A DNA stretch of 64,000 nucleotides. It comes from Chrysomallon squamiferum. Lineage: Eukaryota > Animalia > Mollusca. The notes beneath the pieces were generated by a model, which did not search any database, was not told where the DNA came from, and saw only the letters and a program-made list of their open reading frames with translations. This document shows, one piece after another, positions 1-12,619 of the stretch. Position 1 is the stretch's first letter; every line of letters starts with the position of its first letter. A program made the translations under genes and the position numbers. The DNA lies in NCBI GenBank assembly GCA_012295275.1, contig CM022671.1:8866001-8930000 (forward strand). Direction: 5' to 3'.

Positions 1-699
1 TATAATTGTTGATTAAAATTACATTGAATGGGTCATGAAATAAAACCATTCTTTCCTTCCATATTAATTTCATTTCGATCTGTCTTGAAACAGAGCATTA
101 CAATAAAAATTCAGATTTCAGCAGGGATAAAATTCAATGGCTTTAGCTCATTATGGTCTAAAACCCTTACTAAAACATACTGTTTCAAAATCTGTGTTAC
201 GTATACTGGCCAGTATATATACATGTGTTTATAAAGTAAAATTAGTTTTAGTATGAACAAATATGTGTGTGTGTGTGTGTGTGTCTATGCCCTACCTTTT
301 CTGAAAATATGGATCTGCTCAGTGACAAAAACATCTGAATAATTTTTACTAAAATAACATAAATTACTGTCTAAAATAATATCTCCATTACTGCTCTGTA
401 TTTTTGTTTCCAGCTACAGAAAGTTCAATATTATTTTTTCCTTAATTCCATCTGAAACATCACAGATGCACATTTTTCTTCATCTTCTCCATAATTTTAA
501 CTGAAAATAGACAGCCACCTTCAATTAAAAGAAGAAGTTTCTTGAAGCAGAATTATTTAAGTGAATTTCAGCTTTTGTAATAACTGGGTTATTTCTCTAA
601 GAGGATCATCAAAGATCTTTGAAGACTGACACAGATTGAGATAAGACATCAATGAAGGTCCAGAAAATTTAGTCTTTTTTTCAAAAATTATTATATTTG

Positions 700-3600
700 T
701 GTGTGTCTCTAAATCTGAATGCTTGTATGTGTCTCTGTCTAGTTCTGTATGTCTCTGTGTCTCTGTCTAGTTCTGAATGTGTCTGTCTAGTTCTGTATGT
801 CTGTGTGTCTCTGTCTAGCTCTGTATGTCTGTGTGTGTCTAGTTCTAGTTCTGTATGTCTGTGTGTGTCTGAATATGTCTGTTTAGTTGTGGATGTCTGT
901 CTGTCTCTGTCTAGTTCTTAATGTGTCTGTCTAGTTCTGTATGTCTGTTTGTCTAGTTCTGAATATGTCTGTATGTCTGTCTGTCTCTGTCTAGTTCTGT
1001 CTGTCTAGTTCTGTATGTGTGTGTCTGTCTAGTTCTGTATGTCTGTGTGTCTGTCTAGTTCTGTATGTCTGTGTCTCTGTCTGTTCTAGTTGTGTCTGTC
1101 TATGTGTCTGTATGTGTCTGTCTAGTTCTGTATGACTGTGTCTGTCTAGTTCTGTATGTCTGTGTGTCTGTCTAGTTCTGTATGTCTGTGTGTCTGAGTT
1201 AGTTCTGTGTATGTCTCTGTATGTCTGTGTGTGTGTCTGTCTAGTTCTGTATGGCTGTGTGTCTGTCTAGTTCTGTATGTCTGTAGTTCTGTCTAGTTCT
1301 GAATGTGTCTGTCTAGTTCTGTATTGCTGTGTGTGTCTGTGTGGATGTCTAGTTCTGTATGTCTGTGTGTCTGTCTAGTTCTAGTTCTCTGTGTGTAGTT
1401 CTGTCTAGTTCTGTATGTCTGTCTCTGTCTAGTTCTGAATGTGTGTGTCTGTCTAGTTCTGTATGTCTGTCTCTGTCTAGTTCTGTATGGCTGTGTGTCT
1501 AGTTCTGTATGTCTGTGTGTCTGTAGTTGTCTAGTTCTGTATGTGTCTGTCTAGTTCTGTATGGCTGTGTGTGTGTCTAGTTCTGTATGGCTGTGTGTCT
1601 CTAGTTCTGTGTTCTGTATGGCTGTCTAGTTCTGTATGGCTGTGTGTCTGTCTAGTTCTGTATGGCTGTGTGTGTGTGTCTGTCTAGTTCTGAATGGCTG
1701 TGTCTGTCTAGTTCTGTATGGTGTCTGGTAGTTCTGTATGGCTGTGTGTGTCTGTCTAGTTCTGTATGGCTGTGTGTCTGTCTAGTTCTGTCTGTGTGTG
1801 TGTCTAGTTCTGAATGGCTGTGTGTCTGTCTAGTTCTGTATGGCTGTGTGTCTCTGTCTAGTTCTGAATGTGTCTGTCTAGTTCTGTATGGCTGTGTGTC
1901 TGTAGTTCTGTATGGCTGTCTGTCTGTCTAGTTCTGTGTGTCTGTCTAGTTCTGTATGGTGTGTGTGTCTGTCTAGTTCTGTCTTTCTAGTTCTGTATGT
2001 TTGTGTGTCTAGTTCTGTATGGCTGTGTGTCTGTCTAGTTCTACTTCTCTATGGATGTGTGTCTGTCTAGTTCTGGATGTCTGTGTGTGTGTCTGGTTCT
2101 GTTCTGTATGTCTGTGTGTCTGTCTAGTTCTGTATGGCTGTGTGTGTCTACTTCTGGATGTCTGTGTGTCTGTCTAGTTCTGTATGGCTGTGTGTGTCTG
2201 TCTAGTTCTGTATGGCTGTGTGTCTAGTTCTGTATGGCTGTGTGTGTCTGTCTAGTCTAGTTCTGTATGGCTGTGTGTGTGTCTCATTCTAGTTCTGTAT
2301 GGTGTGTGTGTCTGTCTAGTTCTCTGTATGGTTCTGTATGGCTGTGTGTCTGTCTAGTTCTGTATGTCTGTGTGTCTGTCTAGTTCTGTATGGCTGCTGT
2401 GTCTGTCTAGTTCTGTGTCTGGTTCTGTATGCTGTGTCTGTCTAGTTCTGTGTGGCTGTGTGTCTCTTTCTAGTTCTGTATGTCTAGTTCTGTGTGTGTG
2501 TCTAGTTCTGTATGGCTGTGTGTCTGTCTAGTTCTGTATGGCTCTGTGTCTCTTTCTAGTTCTGTATGTTTGTGTGTCTGTCCATTCTGTATGTCTGTGT
2601 GTCTGTCTAGTTTTGTATGGCTGTGTCTCGTCTAGTTCTGTAGTTCTGTGTCTGGCTGTGTGTCTGTCTAGTTCTGTATGGCTGTGTGTGTCTGTCTAGT
2701 TCTGTATGGCTGTGTGTTCTGTATCTGTGTTCTGTTCTGTCTGTCTTTGTAGTTCTGTTCTGTATGTCTGTGTGTCTGTCTCTAGTTCTGTATGGCTGTG
2801 TGTCTGTCTAGTTCTGTATGTCTGTGTCTGTTCTAGTTCTAGTTCTGTATGGCTGTCTCTAGTTCTGTATGGCTGTGTGTCTAGTTCTAGTTCTGTCTGC
2901 CTAGTTCTGTATGTCTGTGTATGTGTCTGTCTAGTTCTGTATGGCTGTGTGTCTGTCTAGTTCTGTATGGCTGTGTGTCTGTCTAGTTGTGTCTGACTAG
3001 TTCTGTATGGCTGTGTGTCTCTGTCTAGTTCTGTATGGCTGTGTGTCTAGTTGTCTAGTTCTGTATGTTCTGTGTGTGTGTCTGTCTAGTTCTGTGGCTG
3101 TGTGTCTGTCTAGTTCTGTATGGCTGTGTGTCTGTCTGTCTAGTTCTGTATGGCTGTGTGTCTGTCTAGTTCTGTGTCTGTCTAGTTCTGTATGGCTGTG
3201 TGTCTGTCTAGTTCTGTATGGCTGTGTCTGTCTAGTTCTGTCTGTGTGTCTGTAGTTCTGTATGGCTGTGTGTCTGTCTAGTTCTGTATGGCTGTGTGTC
3301 TCTAGTTCTGTATGGCTGTGTGTGTCTGTCTGTCTGTCTAGTTCTGTATGGCTGTGTGTCTGTCTAGTTCTGTATGGCTGTGTCTGTGTGTGTGTGTCTG
3401 TCTAGTTCTGTATGTCTGTGTGTGTGTAGTTCTGTTCTGTATGTTCTATATGTGTGTCTAGTTCTGTATGTCTGTGTGTCTGTCTAGTTCTGTATGTCTG
3501 TGTGTCTGTCTAGTTCTGTATGGCTGTGTCTGTCTAGTTCTGTGTGTCTCTGTGTGTCTGTCTAGTTTTGTATGTCTCTGTCTCTGTCTAATTCTATATG

Positions 3601-4000
3601 TATCTTGTTCTATATTTCTGTCTGTCTGTCTAGTTCTGTATGTCTGTGTGTCTGTCTGTCTAGTTCTGTATGTCTGTGTGTCTGTGTATAATTCTGTATG
3701 TTTGTGTGTCTCTATATAGTTCTGTATTCTGTGTGTGTGTTTATGTCTAGTTCTGTATGTCTGTGTGTCTAGTTCTGTATGTGTATCTCTGACTAGTTCA
3801 GTATGTCTGTGTTGGTCTCTGTATAATTCTGTATGTTTGTGTCTCTATATAGTTCTGTATTTCTGTGTGTTTTTCTGTATAGTTCTGTGTGTCTGTGTGT
3901 GCCTCTGATTAGATCTGTCTCATTCTATATGTCTGTGTGACTCTGTCTAGTTCTGTGTCTGTGTGTCTCTATTTCTGTATTTCTGTATTGTCTGTGTATG
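700..4000. repeat. Degenerate minisatellite of about 3.3 kb, unit about 22-30 nt, core GTCTAGTTCTGTATG(G/T)CT plus a variable (GT)n spacer
   Basis: Continuous recurrence of tgtctagttctgtatg, decaying at both ends. Source of the Cys/Val/Leu/Ser ORFs at 697-3719. Confidence 0.95.
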
Positions 4001-4040
4001 TCTCAAGTGAGGGTTATTAGGGGTGTCTGTGTGTGTTCGT

Positions 4041-4043
<3 letters not shown>

Positions 4044-4075
<32 letters not shown>
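4044..4075. repeat. (TG)n microsatellite
   Basis: Direct reading. Confidence 0.9.
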
Positions 4076-4077
<2 letters not shown>

Positions 4078-5823
4078 CAAGTGAATACACTAAGTGTGTC
4101 TGTGTGTTCATGTATGTATTCAAATGAAGTTAGTGGGTGTGTGGATGTATGTATGTATGTTAATTTGTTGTCTGAGTAAGTTTAAGACATCAGAAGAATG
4201 TAAAGTAAAATGTTAAAAATTGCTAACCTTGGAAATGTTGCAGTCTGCACACTAATCATTTTGACATTTTCTTTTATTTGTATTTTTCATTTAGCATCAG
4301 TGACACATAAAATTACTGTTAATTTGCAGCTGTAATTTAAACTGACAAAAGGGGCTTTGGTTCATCAAGAAGACATTTTTAGGAAAAGAAATCAACATTA
4401 GTTAACATGTAAATCCTGTCACATTGTTTAATTCAAAATAGTTTATGGTTTAGATTTGATATAGATAACAACAATCTATGTCATGTGGCTTGGTAACTTA
4501 GAACTGTTAAGTTTTTTTTATATATAGAATATTTGTATATGTATTTGGATATATGTGTGTATGTGTGTGAGAGTGTCTGTGTGTGTGTGTATGTGGGTGT
4601 GTGTCTGTGTGACTGTATGACTGACTGTGTTTGTCGGTTTAATTGATAATAGTTTAAGAAAAGATTAAATTTCATGCAATAACTAACTATTGGTGACTGT
4701 TTATGTAAAATCTTCATTAATATTATTTGTGTTAGCAGTCAGATGTTCAAGTAGTGTATATTTATGTTATAATCCTGATAGTTCAATCCATGAGAAATAT
4801 TGGAATAAAATATGTGTGAATGAATAAATGAGTGAATGAATAAAATTTAATGAGCAGTGTATTTTATACCAATGGTAATTTGGTATTTTCTTGTAAATGA
4901 TGACCTAAGAAATGTACCATGGGCCATTATTCTTAACATTTCAGCAGTAAAAAATCTTTGATATATACCCTTCCATGTACAGCAAGGTTATGAACGATAA
5001 TGATTGTGGTGACACACTGTAAACCAGTGTTTCTATACCAGCTAAATCTCTGACTTCAGCAAACAACCAGAACAACAACAACAAAATTGCCCAGAATGTT
5101 AAACTTGAAACAGAGAAAGATCTAAGCACGAAAAATAAGTTAAAATTCAAATTGCCAGGGATTAATGGACTCTGTGTGGTTTTAAAGTATTTAACGTGAT
5201 TGCTTCTATGGACTATTGAACTATTAATTCTCAGCAGCTGAGCTATATCCTGATCCCATAGATTCTAAATGACATTTTATGGCTGCTGCGCCTATTTTCC
5301 TGCCCCCTCACAAAGGCAAAGAGGGAATCCACCACAACAGACAGGTGCTTTACATCAAGTAAAAGATATGTTGGGAAATGAATTCGATCTACTTGATGTG
5401 GAATACATCTGCTTTGCCTCTATTGACCATTAAATGTGTACAGAGGAAATGTAAAATTCACATTGATTCTTTAATGTGTATCCCTCCACTCACTGGTTAT
5501 CTCTTATTTCTCTCAGCAGTCACATTAATCTGCAGACATTCCACATGAAAATTAAAACAAAATATATAGATATGTGTCTGTGTCTCTGTCTGATTATATC
5601 TCTGTGTGTCTGTATACATATAAGCATATATATTTTTAAAAATTGTTTTGTCATATGTTTTTTCATAAGACTGAAAGAGTTATGTAAATGTACACATTTA
5701 TTTATGTGGATGTAATTATATATACAAACCATACATACACATAATAATTTATATATATATAAACACAATTACACACCTTTCTACCAATATCCATAAGTAC
5801 ATGTATCTAAGCAAACATACTTA

Positions 5824-5825
<2 letters not shown>

Positions 5826-5889
<64 letters not shown>

Positions 5890-6037
5890 TACATACATAT
5901 ACACATACATACATGCAAATATAGATTCAGGCATGCAAACACATGAATGCACACAAACACACACACACACACATATATATATATACACACAATACAAATG
6001 GACAGACACATGAACATGCACATTCATACACACACAC
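5826..6037. repeat. (CA)n microsatellite followed by imperfect CA/TA repeats
   Basis: Perfect CA run at about 5826-5883, then TACA/CA-rich sequence. Confidence 0.9.
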
Positions 6038-6532
6038 AAATATTTATAAATTGAATCATTTTTCTGTATTCTTTCATCAACACACTTGATGTGAAGTCAG
6101 AGTAACCTGTGTGTACCAGACAACAAGTTAAACAGCCCCTGACATTCTGCTTGTTATTCATTTGCAAGTAAATGAAGAAATTCTGCAGGGACTTGTTCCT
6201 GTATTAGCTGGCTTCTCAAATTAGAATCCAAAGATTTAAATAAAATAAAATAAAAATGTTTAATGATTTCTCTCTCACTCTCTCAAAAAATACAACTGTA
6301 TTAATTCCAGTCAGTTGCAAGAATCATTTCAGATTAGAAATCTAAATCACACAGATTTGTGTTGTTGTTTTTTTCTCTTACAAATGTATTTAGGTTTGCA
6401 CACAAAAAGTGTAGAACTGAATAAAAAGAAATTAAAAATATCCCGAGTTATTCGTGCTTCTAATATGAATGAGTATCTGACTTTAACAAGGTAATTACCT
6501 GCTTTAATCAAAATTTATTTGTGAAAATCAAA

Positions 6533-6790
6533 CCCTGTAGTTCTGTAATTAGATCACAGACCTGATGGTTTCAGGATCAATCCTCTTTAATGTCATCAAT
6601 GAACTATTCTCTATTCCTGCTGGTGCTCCTCAACTGGTTTTCAAAGGTTTTAGCATGGATTGTCCAGTCTATGGGAAGATGCTTCTGAAACATCCAATAT
6701 TGCTGTTGGAAAAATATGGTAGGTTTCTTGCATGTAAAGACAGAGCTGATATATCAAAAAACCAAATATTCGCCATCCAGTAATCAATTA
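6533..6790 (+). mobile_element. Degenerate SINE-like dispersed repeat (tRNA-derived head, Meta-SINE-like central domain)
   Basis: B-box-like ggatcaatcc near 6574 and a central tcaaaggttttagcatggattgtccagtctatgggaagatgc motif (6641) shared with 21110, 44643 and, reversed, about 23575-23645. Family resemblance is recalled, not searched. Confidence 0.55.
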
Positions 6791-8646
6791 TATACCTCAG
6801 CTTAAAAAATAATAACAAACATGTATTATGAAAATTAATTGGGTCTGGTCAATATCTTTGTTGACTCCTTTGCAGTTCAGACATATTTGTTGATGTTTTA
6901 ATGACATTTTCCAAGCCCACAAATACATATTTTTGTACATGTCAATGACAATTTCCTGTTTAATACATAATGGCTGCAACTGACTGTTCATTATTATGTT
7001 ATTTCAGTGAGACCTGTCACTGATGTCACAGACTTGTTTCAGATATCTGTTACTACACGTGGCTTTCATGGTCACATACAAAAACATTTTTTTACTACTA
7101 CACCAGTAGCTGTTACTGTTGTTGTAGTAGTAGTAGTGCTAATAGCAACATCTACTAGTACTCTTGCTTATGCTGCCTCTGCTACTACTACTACTAGGTC
7201 ATTAATTTGGAAAAATATGTATTGATAAGTCAGATGAGGCAAAAGATCAGAAAGGCAAACAGACTAGAGCTGGTAATAGTAAGAAACATGCAATATTTGT
7301 CTTTCTGACTCTAACATACAGCATCCATATGTCTTTCTGACAGAAGAGTTATGAACTGAAATAGAAAAAAAGTTAATTTAACTAATCCATATATTCTACA
7401 ACCTTTTAAAACACTGATTAACAGACATCACGCAGTGTTTAATGTTGGGTATCTGTTGCTAGGTGATGCAGTGTCATTTAAACAAATAGGAAGCTCTGAG
7501 TTGTTTTTTCCTCATTAAAGTGCTTCTGTAAAAACACACAATATGGCTGAGACAACGAAGCTAACAAGACAGAATGGGAGATTATTTGTATCACCATTAA
7601 CTGGTGATGAACATATGTTTTGTATGATGAAGGAAAACTGTTTTTCCAGTAATTTTTTCAGTACATGTCACACTGGTAATCTGATCTAATGTCTTTATTC
7701 TTGTACTTTTGTTTATATTCTTAGTTTGTAATGTTTTTTATTAACCCCTTCAGCAAAAGTAAATAAATAAATAAATTAGAAAAAAACAAGAAAAAACAAG
7801 AAAAAAAATGAAACAACAACAACCCCCAAAAAAAACCCAACAAGTCTATAATTTATAAAATGGTAAAATTTGAACATTGAAAAGAACGTATAATGTATAT
7901 CCATTTTAAATGATTTATTAATTTTTAATAATAATGATAATGATAACACTAAAAATAACAACAATATAAGTAATAGCAGTGCAGTAGAAACAGTATCATG
8001 TAATATCTAATGTGTCATCATAGTGATCACTTGTTGTAGTAGTCAGAGATATGAGGATACTAGTAATAGTAGCAGAGGCTGAAGGTATTAGTCAAAATAA
8101 TGCTACTAGTAGAATCATAGTAATTTTTTTCAGTAATAATGGTAGTAATATTTTATGAAAATCATGACTGCAAAATATTACCATATTTTTCTGATCTTTT
8201 TTCTTTTACAAAATATTTTCTTATCTTTATCTACTCCCCCTTGATATAAAATATGGAATATTCCAATTAAGTATTTTTTCAGTGAGCATGTTGTTTGATG
8301 TAAGTGTTGAGTCTTGGCAATCAAGGACTTTGTTCACACTGATAAGAGTCAATTAAGAGAAAACAGGAATCACAAAACAAACAGACTGTCTGTCTCCAGA
8401 TGGTTCTTCAGAGGTCTTGTACGGAATACTGTCAAGTCTTTTTTTCAAAAATCATTCATTCATAGGTCCAGTGGAGAAGTGCAACTATTGTAGTATTGGC
8501 AGCAGTGTTCACAGCAGTGTTGTTTTAGTAACAGTGATAGTAGTAATCGTACTTTTGCTCCTTCTATATAATGATCTCATCTTTTTAAAACTTGTACATT
8601 TTTCATTCAAAGATCTAGTAGAGGATTATTTTATGAGCATGCTAAC

Positions 8647-8647
8647 T

Positions 8648-8688
<41 letters not shown>
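8647..8688. repeat. (GTA)n microsatellite within GTA-rich low-complexity sequence
   Basis: Direct reading. Source of the poly-Val ORF 8417-8719. Confidence 0.9.
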
Positions 8689-8689
<1 letters not shown>

Positions 8690-9732
8690 AGTGTTAGTGG
8701 TGATTCTGTTCTCTACTGAATAATTTTTAAAAATAATCCTTCATATGTAAATCCAGTGGAAAAATGTATCTAGTGTATGTAACTGTAGTAGTAGTTCTGC
8801 AGTAGTTCTATAGTAGTAGCAGTTACTGTGTTGTAGTACAAGTATTAAAATCAGTGATGGAGTAGAAGGAGGAGTAATAGTGATGGCACTACAGTACTAG
8901 TAGGAGTAGCAGGAAAAGTAGATGTAGTAGTAGTGGTTGTTTGACTTCTAACTGGAAATATTGTGAAAATGACTGGCTTTTGACGTCATGTGATGAAAAA
9001 ATGTCTAAATCAAAAATTTATTGCAAATGTACTTAAAAATGCTTAAAAATAAAATAATAATCAAAAAAATATATGTATATTAAAAATTAAAAAAGAAAAC
9101 AATTCTGACTTTTAGCTTCATTAAAGAGTTTAACTTGTAGAATTAGAAAACTCCATATACCAAATGAAAAACTCTTCAAATCCGATAAATTAATTTAAAA
9201 GAAAAAGAATTCTTAATTATAAAACCCTAAACATTCAGCAAATTACAAAATTGTATTTTTTCTTTTTAGAATTATAAAAGAAACATTTTCAAGGAATTAG
9301 TTTTTATTATTATTTTTCAAAAGTTAATTGGTTTATTTTTTCAATTTAGAATAAAAAAAATAAAAAAAATTATATATAAATGACATTTCACTTGACTGTT
9401 AAAATTCATTAAAAAAAACCACAGAAAACAACAAAACAATGAAATACATTGCAATTTGCTTTAGTTGTCATTAATAACTGATTATTATTAGATATATCTC
9501 ATTATCTTTTCATGATTATTTAGTTTGCAGTATATATCAAAACAAACCTGCATGTTACTCTGTTTTAATAAAACACATAGTTATTATTGTCAACAACTTA
9601 ACCAATATTTTTCATATCATTATCTTTTAACATTCATTCATAAATCATTTGATTATTTACTCATTCAACCAAAATATGATACCTATGGAAAATTAAAAAT
9701 ACCACATGATGATTCATATATGTTTATAATTG

Positions 9733-9915
9733 TAAAAATGTGAAATATTATAGAATAATGGATAATTCTAATTTTAAAAATGTGAAATTTTATACACAAG
9801 TGATATTCTACCTTTAAAAATGTGTAATTCTATATATTAATAGAGGTTCAGAATACTGAAAATGTGAAATACTATATTTTAATAGATATTCCTAATTCTG
9901 AAAATGTGAAATACC
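9733..9915. repeat. Degenerate tandem repeat of about 40 nt, about 5 copies, core AAAATGTGAAAT
   Basis: aaaatgtg(a/t)aat recurs at about 9735, 9777, 9817, 9860 and 9901. Confidence 0.65.
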
Positions 9916-12402
9916 ATACACATTCATCTTATAATTATTTTCTTTTAATCAGATATCTCAGCCCACATTTTTATACTGACACAGTAAAAACATAAAAACA
10001 TCTTTAGTAATACTGATATAATTCAGCTTAATTAATGTAATTCTACCAAGAAGGCATTTTTAAATTTTATATATTATTAATAATTTTATTTTTAATTTCA
10101 TATTTCTTCTATTACATAAGTCACAGATACCAGTGACTGTAGAACAAATTTTATCATTACTACTACTACTGCTTTGATTATTACTACAACTACTAATACT
10201 ACCACAATTACTACTGCAACAAGTTCTAGTACTAATAATATTCATGATACTACTTCAACAACTACTACTACTGCTGCTATTATTATTCTACTACTACTGC
10301 TACAGTTATGATTAAAACCACTAATACTTACTAATACTATAACAACTCCATTACTGTTATTATTATTATTTTTATTATTATTATCATCATCATCATCATC
10401 ATCATCATTATAAAAATATTGTTGATAACCAAACACTAAAAATTTAAATCATCAAATTTGGCCAAAAGGCCTGAGGCTATAAATAAAAACATATCTGCTG
10501 AAGAAGTGTGAATTGAGAAGCTGACATACTTATGACTGCATTTCACTACTGACACCCATCGCAATGACATCAGGCTGACGTCAGGTCTGGTTCTCTCTCA
10601 ATAGCTCTGTTTGCTTACACACGGTTACTTTTAATCTAACAATCAAGAGCAAAAACTAATTTCATAGTGTTTGTAATTGAGAGAGTTCAGCACACAATGG
10701 AAATGTTTTTCACCTGAATTAACTCCAGCGAATGTAGTGCTTTCATTAGCAGAGTCAGCTGTAATGATATTTGGATATTTTTGTTTGTTTCTCGCTGGAT
10801 GTATATCGTAATGGATTTTTATGGCTGGTGAAACTTGTACTATCTGCATCACGTGTTTAATCATTGCTTAAAGATAAAAACTGCTTGAAAGACAAAATCA
10901 ATGGTAATGCGATATACTGATGCTGATAAAACGAAGCTTCAGTACTTTTTCATCCCACTATTGTCAGCAAGTTTGTCAATGCTGCTGGCTGGACAAAACC
11001 ATTTATTTGTCAGAAATGGTTTACACTGACAGAAAAGAAAAAAGAAAAAGATAACTGAATTTCTCACTTGTAATTTTCTTTGTAGTGTTTTACTTTTGCT
11101 TTGCTTCATAATAATTTTTTATTCAAAGATTCCAAACCATTTATGCAAAGTTTTCCAAACATTTTTTTACTTTCTATGAATTTCCTGTCCACATTAAAAA
11201 TTTATTTACATATTTTCAAACTATTTTCTAATTCAGAATTTCCATAACCATTATTTTTATTTAAAGATTTCCTAACCATTCTTCAGTTTACTAAATATCA
11301 TTATGTTGATGACTCTATTGATAACTGATTGGTAATGATGCTAAATAGAACAATGAAGGTGATGATAATGATGCTTAAAAAAAAATGAAGATGATGATTT
11401 TAGGATTCTGTTATCCAGTACTTCATTATTTTCATATTTTATCTTTGCATTTAATGTCAAAATAACTTAATACTAATAAATCTTTCTTGTTTGTTTTTTC
11501 AAAGAATATTATTAACCTTGCTTTTAGCTGGAGACATCAATAAGTAATTTCAAATTTGATGATTATGGATTAGTAATTAAATTATTATTTTTCTAAAAAG
11601 AAGGACAGAAAAAAAAAGTTTCAAGTGCAAATATATTTCTATTAAGGTTGTTGAAATTTAAAAATACATTAAAAAATCCAGACCATAATGTAATGTAAGA
11701 TACTGCAGTCTAAGTCTTTATTTTATGTCTGTCTATGTGTGTGGGTGTCTGTGAAATGAGTGAATATTTGTGTAAGTTAGAATGTTTATGTTTGTATTTA
11801 GGTGTATGTATGCATTTCTAGTTTTATATAATGTGTGTGTATGTTCAATTAGTGAATATCAGTGTATATGTTTAAATTTTTTGTTTCTAGGTTGTGTATG
11901 TGTGTATTTCCGAAAATATTCTATCTGTTGGTTTTTCACTGCTTGCATGCACATATTAATCATACATTTTTTTACCTTTATCAGTTTAACTTTCTTATAT
12001 AAGATATTTAACATGACACTAAGCCATTTTTTCACAATAAAAACTCATTAGGTCTGTAATTTGATCTTCTCTCTGTCACACACATATTAAAACTGTTGTA
12101 CAGAAATAATTAGTAACAGTATCTTTATACTAACCTTCAGTAGGTAATTACTGCTTAATTAGATGTAAAAACACACCTGACACTTGCTGGGATTTGAATT
12201 TAATAGTTAAGAAGTAGGTTATGAAGTCAGTTAGAAAATAGAGATGGTGAATAATTTCATTGTATGGAAGTTAGATTATGAATCAATGGTCACATGGACA
12301 AGAACAGCCAAATTGACACACGCACGCACGCACACACACACATGCACGCACACACACACACACAGAACACAGTTATTGTCTGTATTTCTTAACTGTATAT
12401 AG

Positions 12403-12619
12403 CAGTACTGAGATTTGACACCAGTATATGCCAGTCTGTCTTCAAGCCAGTGTTTTAACCATTGCACCACTTTGTGTATCAGATATTATAAACTGATGTT
12501 TTGATGCTGGAAGGCATGTTTTCATTTTGATAATAAGTGTATAAACCAGTGCCAGGATTTGACACCAGTAGATGCCACTCTTCAAGCCAATATCTTAACC
12601 ATTGCACTACTTTGTGTAT
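12403..12619 (-). mobile_element. Two tandem copies (12403-12479, 12547-12619) of a tRNA-like/SINE-head fragment
   Basis: The minus strand reads gt(g/a)gtgcaatggttaa...ggtgtcaaatc(t/c), i.e. A-box-like and B-box-like motifs at tRNA spacing. No clean acceptor stem is visible. Confidence 0.5.

Noticed and set aside
697-3719. Cys/Val/Leu/Ser-rich ORFs
   Set aside because: Translations of the GT-rich minisatellite with no domain or splice support.
5020-5198. Open + strand stretch reading SIPAKSLTSANNQNNNNKIAQNVKLETEKDLSTKNKLKFKLPG
   Set aside because: No convincing acceptor/donor pair and no resemblance to alpha2delta or any family I recognise; possibly a repeat remnant.
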